Positions 19,785-27,912 of a stretch of 64,000 bases of DNA are shown piece by piece. The position numbers and the translations under genes are program-made. Source of the stretch: Parcubacteria group bacterium (GTDB taxonomy: Bacteria > Patescibacteriota > Minisyncoccia > UBA6257 > Colwellbacteraceae); the NCBI GenBank assembly GCA_041649615.1, contig JBAZMT010000001.1, positions 26,981-90,980 on the forward strand, in the 5' to 3' direction. The notes beneath the pieces were generated by a model. The model was not told the origin of the DNA. It did not search any database and saw nothing but the letters and a program-made list of their open reading frames with translations. Every line of letters begins with the position of its first letter. Position 1 is the first letter of the stretch.

Positions 19785-20168
19785 TCAGGCTTTAATCTCT
19801 CTTATTTCTAATTGCGATTTACCTTCCTTTTTGGGTTGCTGGAAATTTATTAGAAGACCAATTTTTATTTTTAGAGTTTTCATATAATTTTTTATTTGTT
19901 GTTCCTCAGAGGGACCTAAATTTCCACTGATAGCTTTTAACTCAATTATTATTTTATTTTCGCCGGAGTTTACTATTATGTCGGGATATCCTTCACCTAC
20001 ATAATGATCTTTATATTTTATTTCTACTACCTTCTGACTCTCATATTTTGTTTTTGCTAAGCGAAGACTTACTTGCATAGCCCTATCATAAACCTTTTCG
20101 TCAAATCCAGAACCAAGCGATTGATAAACTTCTTTTGCTATTTGTTTGATTTTTGCGATATTTATCAT
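19785..20168 (-). CDS. GxxExxY-family protein (PD-(D/E)XK-like fold)
   Basis: 127 aa with GSGFDEKVYDRAM (GxxExxY) near the N-terminus and (D)IIVNSGENKIIIELK...GLLINF at the C-terminus, matching the GxxExxY family pattern. Confidence 0.65.
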   Translation of the reverse strand: MINIAKIKQIAKEVYQSLGSGFDEKVYDRAMQVSLRLAKTKYESQKVVEIKYKDHYVGEGYPDIIVNSGENKIIIELKAISGNLGPSEEQQIKNYMKTLKIKIGLLINFQQPKKEGKSQLEIREIKA

Positions 20169-20229
20169 TTTCGATGTATCTTAATCTTTAACCCTTTTTG
20201 TTTTGTTTCGATACAGTGTTGACTTGGTG

Positions 20230-20300
20230 CTGCCGGGCAGGGATTCGGACCCCGATACCATGCTCCAGAGGCATGTGTCCTACCATTAGACGACCCGGCA
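20230..20300 (-). tRNA. tRNA-Gln (anticodon CUG)
   Basis: Reverse complement TGCCGGGTCGTCTAATGGTAGGACACATGCCTCTGGAGCATGGTATCGGGGTCCGAATCCCTGCCCGGCAG folds as a cloverleaf: 7-bp acceptor, anticodon stem CATGC/GCATG, loop CTCTGGA. CCA is not encoded. Confidence 0.8.
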
Positions 20301-20343
20301 ATATCTTAATTTAACCCCGATATAATATAATTAAAGCACTAAA

Positions 20344-20928
20344 ATGGCAAAGGAAATTATTGCGAAATCTTTGGAGATTACAGCTGATCTGGACGGCATA
20401 AGTCTTAAGGCTTTAACGGAGCATTATAAACTTTACGAAGGATATGTGAAGAAAGTTAGCGAAATTCGCGAGAGATTGAAAACAGCCGACAGAACGACAG
20501 CGAATGCGACATACAGCGAGATAGGGGAATTGGGAAGGCAAGAGACATTCGCCTTGAATGGAGTGAAATTGCATGAGATTTATTTTGGAATCTTAGGAGG
20601 TGACGGAAAAATAAAAGGAAAAATAGCGGATATGATTACTCGGGATTACGGATCAGTTGAGAATTGGACTGCTATTATGTCTGCGGCGGGGCTTTCGGCG
20701 AGAGGATGGGTAATAACCGCTTATGACATCAACGAAGAAAGACTCCGGATTTTCAATGCTGACGCGCATAACGTTGGCATCGTTGCAGGAATTATTCCTT
20801 TAATAACGCTTGACGTTTACGAACACGCTTACTTTATGGATTACGGAACGAATCGCAAAGGATACATTGAAGCGTTTTTCAAGAATTTGAGTTGGGACGC
20901 AATAGATTCGCTCGCGAAAAATATATAG
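20344..20928 (+). CDS. Fe/Mn superoxide dismutase-like protein
   Basis: C-terminal LDVYEHAYFMDYGTNRKGYIEAFFKNLSWDAI matches the SOD C-terminal domain (D-x-W/Y-E-H ligands). Candidate N-terminal His ligands are in TEHYKLYEGYV and KLHEIYF. 194 aa. Confidence 0.5.
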   Translation: MAKEIIAKSLEITADLDGISLKALTEHYKLYEGYVKKVSEIRERLKTADRTTANATYSEIGELGRQETFALNGVKLHEIYFGILGGDGKIKGKIADMITRDYGSVENWTAIMSAAGLSARGWVITAYDINEERLRIFNADAHNVGIVAGIIPLITLDVYEHAYFMDYGTNRKGYIEAFFKNLSWDAIDSLAKNI

Positions 20929-20939
20929 CAAACAAAAAA

Positions 20940-21275
20940 ATGAAAACCCCTATTTTAAAAAACGCCATAGTCAATGCTTCTCTTGCCGCCGCATATATCG
21001 TAGCGGTATCTTTCGTAATGTTTAATAGCTCTAAATTTTTTGGAGGTTTCGAGAATACTATCTTTGTTCCCATTCTTATGCTTTGTTTGTTGGTGTTCTC
21101 CGTAGCGTTAATGGGGGCGCTCATCTTCGGCCGGCCGGTTATGTGGTATATAGATGGCAAGAAGAAAGAGGCTGTGTCTTTGCTTTTATGCACGCTTGGA
21201 GTGTTTTTTTTGTTTATTATCGTTATATTTGTGGTTTTGTCTGTCGTTCAGCCGAATCTGCCTTTTCATTTGTAA
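20940..21275 (+). CDS. hypothetical small membrane protein (3 TM)
   Basis: Start trimmed to the internal ATG at 20940 to remove overlap with the upstream gene. Hydrophobic helices throughout. The antisense ORF 20879..21193 was rejected. Confidence 0.4.
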   Translation: MKTPILKNAIVNASLAAAYIVAVSFVMFNSSKFFGGFENTIFVPILMLCLLVFSVALMGALIFGRPVMWYIDGKKKEAVSLLLCTLGVFFLFIIVIFVVLSVVQPNLPFHL

Positions 21276-21305
21276 TCAAATTGAATTTCCCGATTGATTT
21301 GAATC

Positions 21306-21893
21306 ATGCAGTCTTCAAATATAACAATAGAGCAAGCTCGAGAGTTGGTGCGTAAATATATCACGAGTCCTGTAACCAAATTACATCTTTTAGAAACGGA
21401 AGCTTTTATGCGATCTTTGGCAAAAAGATTTGGCGAGGACGAAGAAACGTGGGGAATAATCGGATTGCTTCATGATATAGATTGGGATTTAACAAAAGAC
21501 AATTACGCGGAGCATTGTATTAAATGCCAGGAAATATTGAAGGAAGCCGGGGCAAGTAATTTCCTGATAGAGACGATTGTCTCTCACGGATACTCCAATG
21601 AAGCGATTCCCAAGCTGAAGGATAAACAACGCGCGACAACTTTGGAACATTGTCTTGTCGCGGCTGAAACTTTAACGGGACTTATCATCGCCTCCGCGTT
21701 AATGACGTCCGATAAAAAACTTAAAAGTCTCTCAATTGAGAGTTTGAAAAAGAGATTTAAAGAGAAAAAATTTGCCGCGAAGTGCGATAGGAATTTGATT
21801 TTGGAATGCAAAAAAGCCGATATTCCGCCAGACGAGTTTTTACAGATCGGCCTAACTTCATTACAAAGTATTGCCGAAGAATTGGGCTTTTAG
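21306..21893 (+). CDS. HD-domain phosphohydrolase
   Basis: H...HD motif (GLLHDIDW) and downstream metal ligands in SHGYSNE. 195 aa. Confidence 0.7.
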   Translation: MQSSNITIEQARELVRKYITSPVTKLHLLETEAFMRSLAKRFGEDEETWGIIGLLHDIDWDLTKDNYAEHCIKCQEILKEAGASNFLIETIVSHGYSNEAIPKLKDKQRATTLEHCLVAAETLTGLIIASALMTSDKKLKSLSIESLKKRFKEKKFAAKCDRNLILECKKADIPPDEFLQIGLTSLQSIAEELGF

Positions 21894-22687
21894 TTAAAAA
21901 CGATTTTGAAGATGAATTGGTCCAGGAGGACCAAAGCGCCCAGGAGAAAAACGTAAAAAGAAAAGACTTTCATACTGGCGCGGGAGAAGAAATCAAGCAT
22001 AAAACGGATGGCGAAGTAGCCCGTAACGCCAGCGACAAGCATTCCCAAAACAAGAGGCCAAACGCCGACAATTTGGAACGTTTCTCCGGTTAAATTTTTA
22101 ACATCAAAAAGAGCCGAGCCGATAATCGCGGGGACGGACATCAGAAAAGAAAATTTAATGGCAAATTCTTTTTTAAACCCTCTGAACAATCCTACGGAAA
22201 TAGTTGACCCGGAACGGGAAAGAGCGGGGATTATCGCTGCCGCCTGAGCAAGCCCTACAAAAATCGCGTCCATATAAGACATACTGTCCAGGTCTTTGCC
22301 GTAGTGAATCTGTTCTTTATTCCGGTCGGCCAAAAAAAGCACGATACCCGTGAGGATAAAACAGGGCCCCAAAAATTTTCCCGATGAAAAAGCGTATTCA
22401 AAGAAATTATGAAAAGCGAATCCTACGACAACGGCGGGAATGGTCGCCAAAACAACGAGACGGGTCAGTTTGCTTAGAGGTCTTCGGATCATAAGCCAAA
22501 TTTCCCGCCAAAAAACGGCGATCACGGCTACGAGAGTCGCGACATGCAGAGCGATGTCAAAAGCGAGCGCTCCCTCGCTTACACCGAACACTTTTTGGAG
22601 AAGAACCAAATGACCGGAACTGGAGACGGGCAGAAATTCGGTCAATCCCTGAACGGCGCCTAAAACAACAGATTCTAAAATACTCAT
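21890..22687 (-). CDS. uppP: undecaprenyl-diphosphate phosphatase
   Basis: N-terminus SVVLGAVQGLTEFLPVSSSGHLVL is the BacA/UppP signature. 8 TM, 265 aa. Confidence 0.9.
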   Translation of the reverse strand: MSILESVVLGAVQGLTEFLPVSSSGHLVLLQKVFGVSEGALAFDIALHVATLVAVIAVFWREIWLMIRRPLSKLTRLVVLATIPAVVVGFAFHNFFEYAFSSGKFLGPCFILTGIVLFLADRNKEQIHYGKDLDSMSYMDAIFVGLAQAAAIIPALSRSGSTISVGLFRGFKKEFAIKFSFLMSVPAIIGSALFDVKNLTGETFQIVGVWPLVLGMLVAGVTGYFAIRFMLDFFSRASMKVFSFYVFLLGALVLLDQFIFKIVFN

Positions 22688-23526
22688 CGGATAATTATGG
22701 GTTTCTTACCTTCAACTTGAATGGACTTAATTATCAGTTTACTCTCAATAATTTCCGCATCCAAAAGCTTGACTCTTTTTCCGTTTTTAACGGTCCAACA
22801 CCCCGGTTCCGGAGTATAGGCTCTGATTTTTCGTTCAATAATATTTGGAAGGTCGTTTTCGCCGGCTTCGGCCGACTCAAGTTCTTTCGGAGAAACATAG
22901 GCGTCATCGGTCGTGATTTTTTTGGTGAAAGTCGCTTCGGTTTCTTTTTGAGATTCAAGTTTAAGAGAGGAAGAAATGGAGGGAATAATTTCCTTAACCA
23001 TATCGCTTCCCAAAATGGCGAGTCGGTCTCCCAAAGATTCGGTATTATCCTCTGAATGGATTACGAGCGAACGCGAAAGAATAATCGGTCCGTGATCCAT
23101 TTTCTCATCAATTAGGTAAAGAGTAGCACCTGTTTCTTTAAGTCCGTTTAGAATGGCGGATTGAATAGGTGTTGTGCCACGGAGCTTGGGAAGGAGGGAA
23201 GGATGGACGCCGATCGTCCCATAGCGGGGAATGTCAATCAGTTCTTTCGGCAGGATTTTTCCGTAAGCGGCGACAAGAAAAAAATCGGCGTTGAATTCGC
23301 GAAGACGGGCTAGAAATTCTTCGTTAATTTTTTCGGGCTGAAGAACGGGAATGCGGGGGTTTAATTTTTGGGAAGTGATTTTCGCGGCCGGAGAAGTGAT
23401 AACTTTCTTTCGACCAACCGGACGATCGGGGTTCGTGACTATCGCGAGAGGAGAAAGCCCTCCCTCAATAAGGCGGCCCAAAACTATGGCGGCAAATCGC
23501 GGAGTGCCGAAAAAAACGAAATTCAT
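22684..23526 (-). CDS. fmt: methionyl-tRNA formyltransferase
   Basis: Start moved to the internal ATG (MNFVFFGTPRFA) matching the Fmt N-terminus. Formyltransferase core and C-terminal Fmt domain present. 4-bp overlap with uppP. Confidence 0.9.
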   Translation of the reverse strand: MNFVFFGTPRFAAIVLGRLIEGGLSPLAIVTNPDRPVGRKKVITSPAAKITSQKLNPRIPVLQPEKINEEFLARLREFNADFFLVAAYGKILPKELIDIPRYGTIGVHPSLLPKLRGTTPIQSAILNGLKETGATLYLIDEKMDHGPIILSRSLVIHSEDNTESLGDRLAILGSDMVKEIIPSISSSLKLESQKETEATFTKKITTDDAYVSPKELESAEAGENDLPNIIERKIRAYTPEPGCWTVKNGKRVKLLDAEIIESKLIIKSIQVEGKKPIIIR

Positions 23527-23642
23527 ACTTTTAAAGAATACCTTGAAAATGGGGATTTTTGGAAGATTTGTTGACTGCACTCAAGAAAAAAGCGAATATA
23601 GGCAAATCGGTTTTTGAAAAATTTATAAGGAGGAACTATCGA

Positions 23643-24575
23643 ATGAACGAGATTGCCAAAGGAATAGACCTTTCGGCTTTGAAAGGCAATCAATACGACT
23701 GGTTACTCGCAAGACTCATTACGGAAGGGACGGAAACGCCGAGTCCGCAGAAAGAATCCGCGTGGAGGCTTCCGCCCGTAACTTTGGCCTACGACTTAAG
23801 GGTAGAAACTGGCGAAGCAGACAGGATTTTACTACCCGTGCCGAAGAGCAGTTCAAAAAACGGTATTTTCTCCGCTATCGGGGAAATAACGGCTTTTATG
23901 AACGGCGTCGTGACCCACGAAGGGTTAATGGAGTTTGGCTGCGACTGGTGGGAAAGATGGACGAGCGAGGAATATCTTAAACATTGCGAACTCGATCTTA
24001 TGCCCGGAGAATTGGGGCCCGGATCGTACGGAGCGGCGCTTCACGATTTTCCGACAGCGGAAGGAAAACCCTTCAACCAGGTGAAACACGTGACGGAGCA
24101 AATAAAAGAGCTCCCGTATCTTCGTACGCATCTTTGGACCACATGGATTCCGCAGTATATCGGAAGAGGCAAGGGCAAGAAGAGGCAAGTGGCGGTGGCT
24201 CCGTGCCATGGCACTATCACGGATTTTGTTCCGAACATACAGACGAAAGAGCTATCGCTTTATCACGTACAGCGCTCGGGTGACGTGCCGGTCGGCGTGA
24301 AATGGAACATAATCCAATATTGCGCGGCTCTTTTGATGATGGCGCATGTCACCGGCTATAAGCCCGCCTTCTACTACCATATCATTCTTGACCCGCACAT
24401 CTATGCGCGACAGGTGGAACCCGTGAAGGAATATCTCAAATTCCCGGAAAAAGATTTTCCGAACCTTGTTCTCAAAAATACCGACATCACGGATATCTTC
24501 GCTTTTCGTAATACGGATTTTGAGCTCGAAGGTTACCTCAAGAGGCCGTACATCAACATACCGACACCCGACTGA
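23643..24575 (+). CDS. thyA: thymidylate synthase family protein (ThyA-like, divergent, N177-type)
   Basis: Start chosen at the ATG preceded by a strong RBS (taaggaggaactatcgaATG). Catalytic APCH cysteine motif, QRSGD, KWNIIQY (Asn retained) and LDPHIYARQVEPVKEYL align with ThyA PCH / QRSxD / PFNIASY / GDxHxY. A Thr follows the conserved Arg of the RR pair. Confidence 0.75.
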   Translation: MNEIAKGIDLSALKGNQYDWLLARLITEGTETPSPQKESAWRLPPVTLAYDLRVETGEADRILLPVPKSSSKNGIFSAIGEITAFMNGVVTHEGLMEFGCDWWERWTSEEYLKHCELDLMPGELGPGSYGAALHDFPTAEGKPFNQVKHVTEQIKELPYLRTHLWTTWIPQYIGRGKGKKRQVAVAPCHGTITDFVPNIQTKELSLYHVQRSGDVPVGVKWNIIQYCAALLMMAHVTGYKPAFYYHIILDPHIYARQVEPVKEYLKFPEKDFPNLVLKNTDITDIFAFRNTDFELEGYLKRPYINIPTPD

Positions 24576-24594
24576 CTTCCGAAGGAGGATAAAT

Positions 24595-25548
24595 ATGAAT
24601 GCAATGCCTAAGGTTGCGATCATCGCGGCAGTATCGCTCAACGGCGTAATCGGAAAAGAGGGGAAAATCCCTTGGAAAATTCCGAGCGATCTCAAGAGAT
24701 TCAAAAAGATCACAATGGGACATCCTGTCCTTATGGGGAGGAAAACCTACAGGTCTATTGGAAAGCCTTTGCCCGGAAGGATGAACATTGTTCTTACAAG
24801 GAACCGCGATTGTTCCTTAGAGGGATGCGTCGTGGTCCATTCTTTTGACGAGGCGTTTGTCGCGTGCGACAAGAACGAAACACTTTTCGTAATTGGCGGA
24901 GGAGAGGTTTATCGCGAAGCGTTAAAATACGCGAGCGAGTTTCATTTCACGAGAGTAAATAAAGTGATTGAGCACGGGAACGCTTTTTTCCCGGAATGGG
25001 ATCAAGACCAATGGGAGGATGTCACTTTTCCGGAGTATTCTGATCTTTTGCAAGAAGGTGACGAGGTCTCCTACACTTTCAGGTCGCTCCGGCGAAAAAA
25101 TCTTTATACTACCGACAATGCCCGGACAGCCGATCAGCGCGAAGCAATGGAACGTATAATGGCCGGAGGCAAATGCAATTTCTGCTTGCCTGATCTCGGA
25201 GAAGAGCACAAGAAGCCGATCATTTACGTGGGCGAGCACTTCAAAGTAACGGAGAACCAATGGCCTTATCCGGCTGCCAAGAACCACATTCTTATCATTT
25301 CCAAGACTCACGTCAGTCGTCTTGCCGATCTGCCAAAAGGAGCGGGAGACGAATTGATACGCATCGCCTGTATGCTTCAGGAGACGTATAGCGTGAAAGG
25401 CGGAGCAATCTGCATGCGGTTCGGAGATTCAAATCTGAACGGTGCGAGTGTGGAGCACTTTCACGTTCATTTTCTAGTTCCGGACCCGGAAAAAGAAGCT
25501 CTCTTTTTCTGGATTGATAAAAAAGACAAAATAATAAGCCCCGTCTGA
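24595..25548 (+). CDS. folA: dihydrofolate reductase fused to a C-terminal HIT (histidine-triad, Hint-like) domain
   Basis: Start at the ATG after RBS ggaggat. N-terminal approx. 165 aa is DHFR (VAIIAAVSLNGVIGKEGKIPWKIPSDLKRFKKITMGHPVLMGRKTYRSIG, VIGGGEVY). C-terminal approx. 150 aa has CNFC and the histidine triad EHFHVHFLV. Confidence 0.75.
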   Translation: MNAMPKVAIIAAVSLNGVIGKEGKIPWKIPSDLKRFKKITMGHPVLMGRKTYRSIGKPLPGRMNIVLTRNRDCSLEGCVVVHSFDEAFVACDKNETLFVIGGGEVYREALKYASEFHFTRVNKVIEHGNAFFPEWDQDQWEDVTFPEYSDLLQEGDEVSYTFRSLRRKNLYTTDNARTADQREAMERIMAGGKCNFCLPDLGEEHKKPIIYVGEHFKVTENQWPYPAAKNHILIISKTHVSRLADLPKGAGDELIRIACMLQETYSVKGGAICMRFGDSNLNGASVEHFHVHFLVPDPEKEALFFWIDKKDKIISPV

Positions 25549-25568
25549 TCAGACGGGGTCTTTTTTTA
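25538..25568. terminator. bidirectional rho-independent terminator
   Basis: gccccgtctgatcagacggggtc hairpin flanked by A-run and T-run, between the convergent genes DHFR-HIT (+) and the dCMP-deaminase fusion (-). Confidence 0.65.
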
Positions 25569-26391
25569 CTTTGACTATCCCGATGCCGTTTTCCGCAAAA
25601 ATGCGTTTTGCGTCCAATCTTGAATATCCTTCCGTGACGTAAAGCGTTTTAATGCCCGCTTGTGAAAGAAGATTGGCACAAGGGGGACAAGGGAAAGTGG
25701 AAACGAACACTTCTGCTCCGGCAAGGCTTATTCCTTTTTTGGCCGCTTCAGCAATAAGGGCGGCTTCGGCGTGAATGGAGGAAGAAAGTTCAATGTGTTC
25801 GCCGGCGTTAAACGGCGTTCTCGGGTCACCCGAATAATACGGTTCAAGTTCGGTTGGCAGATGATGGTTATGGGCGGCAAGCAAAATATTTCCATCACGA
25901 AACGCGACCGCTCCGATTTGCCGCCACCAGTCGGAAGACAATTCTTTTTCACGAAAGGCGGTTTTCAATACGGAGGAGTCAAAATTTTCGCTTGTTATTT
26001 CTTTATCCCAAAAAACAGGTTCTTCCTGAAGAACGTTGAATTTATTCCAACGAAGAAAAACCGAATCAAAAACAATGTTCGTTTCGGTTGGCAATAACTT
26101 TGCGATTTCGGAAGAAATATCTTCTTTCGGCATGATAATGGGGCCTTTACGAGATTCGGCGATAATGTCGTTTATGTCGGCGTTTTTTATTTCATCTAAA
26201 ATGCCGAGAGACCTGATGGAAGAGGAAATTTCTTCGTTTTCCAGAGCGCGCATGTCTCTTTTGAGATATTCAATCGCACTTATTATGGTCTTATCGGGAA
26301 TCAGGAGAGTTCCTCCCGCGTATTTTTTGAAGAACTCAATATACCCGCGATGCAGAACCGGAACGTAGGCAACAATGGTATTTTTTTTCAT
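25549..26391 (-). CDS. dCMP/cytidine deaminase zinc-binding domain protein with approx. 150-aa N-terminal domain of unknown function
   Basis: C-terminal HAEAALIAEA and TFPCPPCANLL are the CMP/dCMP deaminase Zn ligands (H-A-E and P-C-x-x-C). The N-terminal half has no recognised motif. Confidence 0.7.
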   Translation of the reverse strand: MKKNTIVAYVPVLHRGYIEFFKKYAGGTLLIPDKTIISAIEYLKRDMRALENEEISSSIRSLGILDEIKNADINDIIAESRKGPIIMPKEDISSEIAKLLPTETNIVFDSVFLRWNKFNVLQEEPVFWDKEITSENFDSSVLKTAFREKELSSDWWRQIGAVAFRDGNILLAAHNHHLPTELEPYYSGDPRTPFNAGEHIELSSSIHAEAALIAEAAKKGISLAGAEVFVSTFPCPPCANLLSQAGIKTLYVTEGYSRLDAKRIFAENGIGIVKVKKDPV

Positions 26392-27062
26392 CAGCTGATT
26401 CCCGATAATTCGTTAAGCGCCGAATTAATCTTCTCTTTGACTTTGGCAAGAGTATCCGTATGCAATTTGTGTATTTTACCGGTCGTAGAAGTTTCCGCTT
26501 GAGGGGGAAGAATCAAAATATCTTTTGCCCAATTTTTGATTTCTCCGATCATTCCGTCTCTGCCGCCTTCGTGCAAGAAATCGGTGGATTCAGACAGGAT
26601 GAGAAAATCCGGTTTGATGAGTTCGCCCAATCTCCAGCTATATTCTTCCTCTTGCTTGATTATCACGTAATCCACATCTGTCGTGTAGGTTAACATTTCA
26701 GCGCGTTCATCTTGCGGGACTATCGGGCGATGTTCTCCTTTTCTCTTTCTGACTTCCGTATCGCTGTCAACGGCCACGATTAGAATGATGTCGTCCTTGT
26801 CCTTGCTTGTTTTTCTGGCGACACTTTCAATGGCAGACAAAAAATATCGGCAATGTCCGATATGAAACAAATCAAAAGTGCCGCTTAAAAAGACAATAAC
26901 CTTACCCAATACTTTTTGGGCATTAACTATCTCAACCAACCTGTCATAAGAGGGAATTATCTTTGAATTTTTTCCTTCACTTATACCGTTCATGACGTGA
27001 TACCTTAAAGCTAAAGCTTGATTGTATCCAGTGTCAATTGACAAAAAATCGCCATATTTCAA
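26391..27062 (-). CDS. cytidylyltransferase-like nucleotidyltransferase (RfaE-II/TagD-like HxGH family)
   Basis: GTFDLFHIGH (T/HxGH motif) followed by VAVDSDTEVRKRKGEHRPIVPQDERAEMLTYTTDVDYVII, as in TagD / RfaE domain II. Stop/start overlap with the deaminase gene. Confidence 0.6.
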   Translation of the reverse strand: MKYGDFLSIDTGYNQALALRYHVMNGISEGKNSKIIPSYDRLVEIVNAQKVLGKVIVFLSGTFDLFHIGHCRYFLSAIESVARKTSKDKDDIILIVAVDSDTEVRKRKGEHRPIVPQDERAEMLTYTTDVDYVIIKQEEEYSWRLGELIKPDFLILSESTDFLHEGGRDGMIGEIKNWAKDILILPPQAETSTTGKIHKLHTDTLAKVKEKINSALNELSGIS

Positions 27063-27070
27063 GGCGATTT

Positions 27071-27520
27071 TTATTTTAAGTAGTCAATTATCAGTTTTCC
27101 GTTCAGGTGATCGGTTTCGTGCTGGAAAATCCTAGCAAGAATTCCGAAGGCTTTGATTTTCAGCTTTTTGCCGGATTTGTCTTCGGCTTCAAGGGTAATC
27201 GTTTCGGAACGGGAGACGGGGACGATGACGCCGGGAACGCTCAAGCATCCTTCCTCCATTTCGGTCGTTTTTTCGGAATACTTCGTGATTCGCGGATTGA
27301 AAATAACGTAAAACTTACCGTCATAACTTACGATGAACATTCGCCAATTCAGTCCAACCTGATTTGCCGAAATACCAACGCCGTCACTTGCCTTCATCAT
27401 TTTTCTCATTTCCGAAACGGTCTGTCTTATCTCCTCTACAGAATGTTTCTTGAAATCAAAATCGGGCGTTTTACGCTTTAAGATTTTTCGGTTTTTGCTT
27501 TTTGTCGTGACTAATTCCAT
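27071..27520 (-). CDS. def: peptide deformylase
   Basis: EGCLSVPG and QHETDHLNG metal-binding motifs. 149 aa. Confidence 0.9.
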   Translation of the reverse strand: MELVTTKSKNRKILKRKTPDFDFKKHSVEEIRQTVSEMRKMMKASDGVGISANQVGLNWRMFIVSYDGKFYVIFNPRITKYSEKTTEMEEGCLSVPGVIVPVSRSETITLEAEDKSGKKLKIKAFGILARIFQHETDHLNGKLIIDYLK

Positions 27521-27866
27521 TTTTGTTGGTCTTAGAATTTAATCGCCAAACTTTCATAAAGTAGGCTCCTTTGTTTTTGACGCGGGGATTTTCGGCGATG
27601 GATTTGGCCGTGTAGAGCATTTTTTCTCCATTCTCTTCGCGCGCCATTTTAATATAGAGGGATTTGTGATCGTTGTCTCCTAAAGTTTCCGCAACCATCA
27701 AGCCGATCATCTGATGACGCGAATGAATCCGGTTTTTTTTCGCCCGCTCTTTTATCTTATCAAGATAAGCGTTGAATTGAGGTTTACTGTCCACAAGTCC
27801 ATTACGCCATAACTTTATAGAAATGTCAAACATCAGAAGATGCAAAATGCAAAGCGCAAAACGCAA
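27471..27866 (-). CDS. hypothetical basic protein
   Basis: 131-aa ORF on the same strand upstream of def, overlapping the def start by 50 nt. No motif recognised; the true start may be an internal Met. Confidence 0.25.
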   Translation of the reverse strand: MRFALCILHLLMFDISIKLWRNGLVDSKPQFNAYLDKIKERAKKNRIHSRHQMIGLMVAETLGDNDHKSLYIKMAREENGEKMLYTAKSIAENPRVKNKGAYFMKVWRLNSKTNKNGISHDKKQKPKNLKA

Positions 27867-27912
27867 GATTAATGTCTTTCACCGAAGGTGAAAATAATAT
27901 AGAATTTTCGTA

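Noticed and set aside
20879-21193. 104-aa minus-strand ORF overlapping the small membrane-protein gene
   Set aside because: Overlaps a more plausible plus-strand membrane-protein ORF and the 3' end of the SOD-like gene; no motif.
23559-23642. Longer N-terminal extension of thyA starting at 23559 (overlapping the fmt start)
   Set aside because: It would overlap divergent fmt by 22 bp. An internal ATG at 23643 is preceded by a strong RBS (taaggagga) and aligns with ThyA N-termini.
24466-24594. N-terminal 43 codons of the automated DHFR ORF (MFSKIPTSRISSLF...)
   Set aside because: They overlap the thyA 3' end in another frame. DHFR homology starts at MNAMPKVAII, which is preceded by ggaggat.
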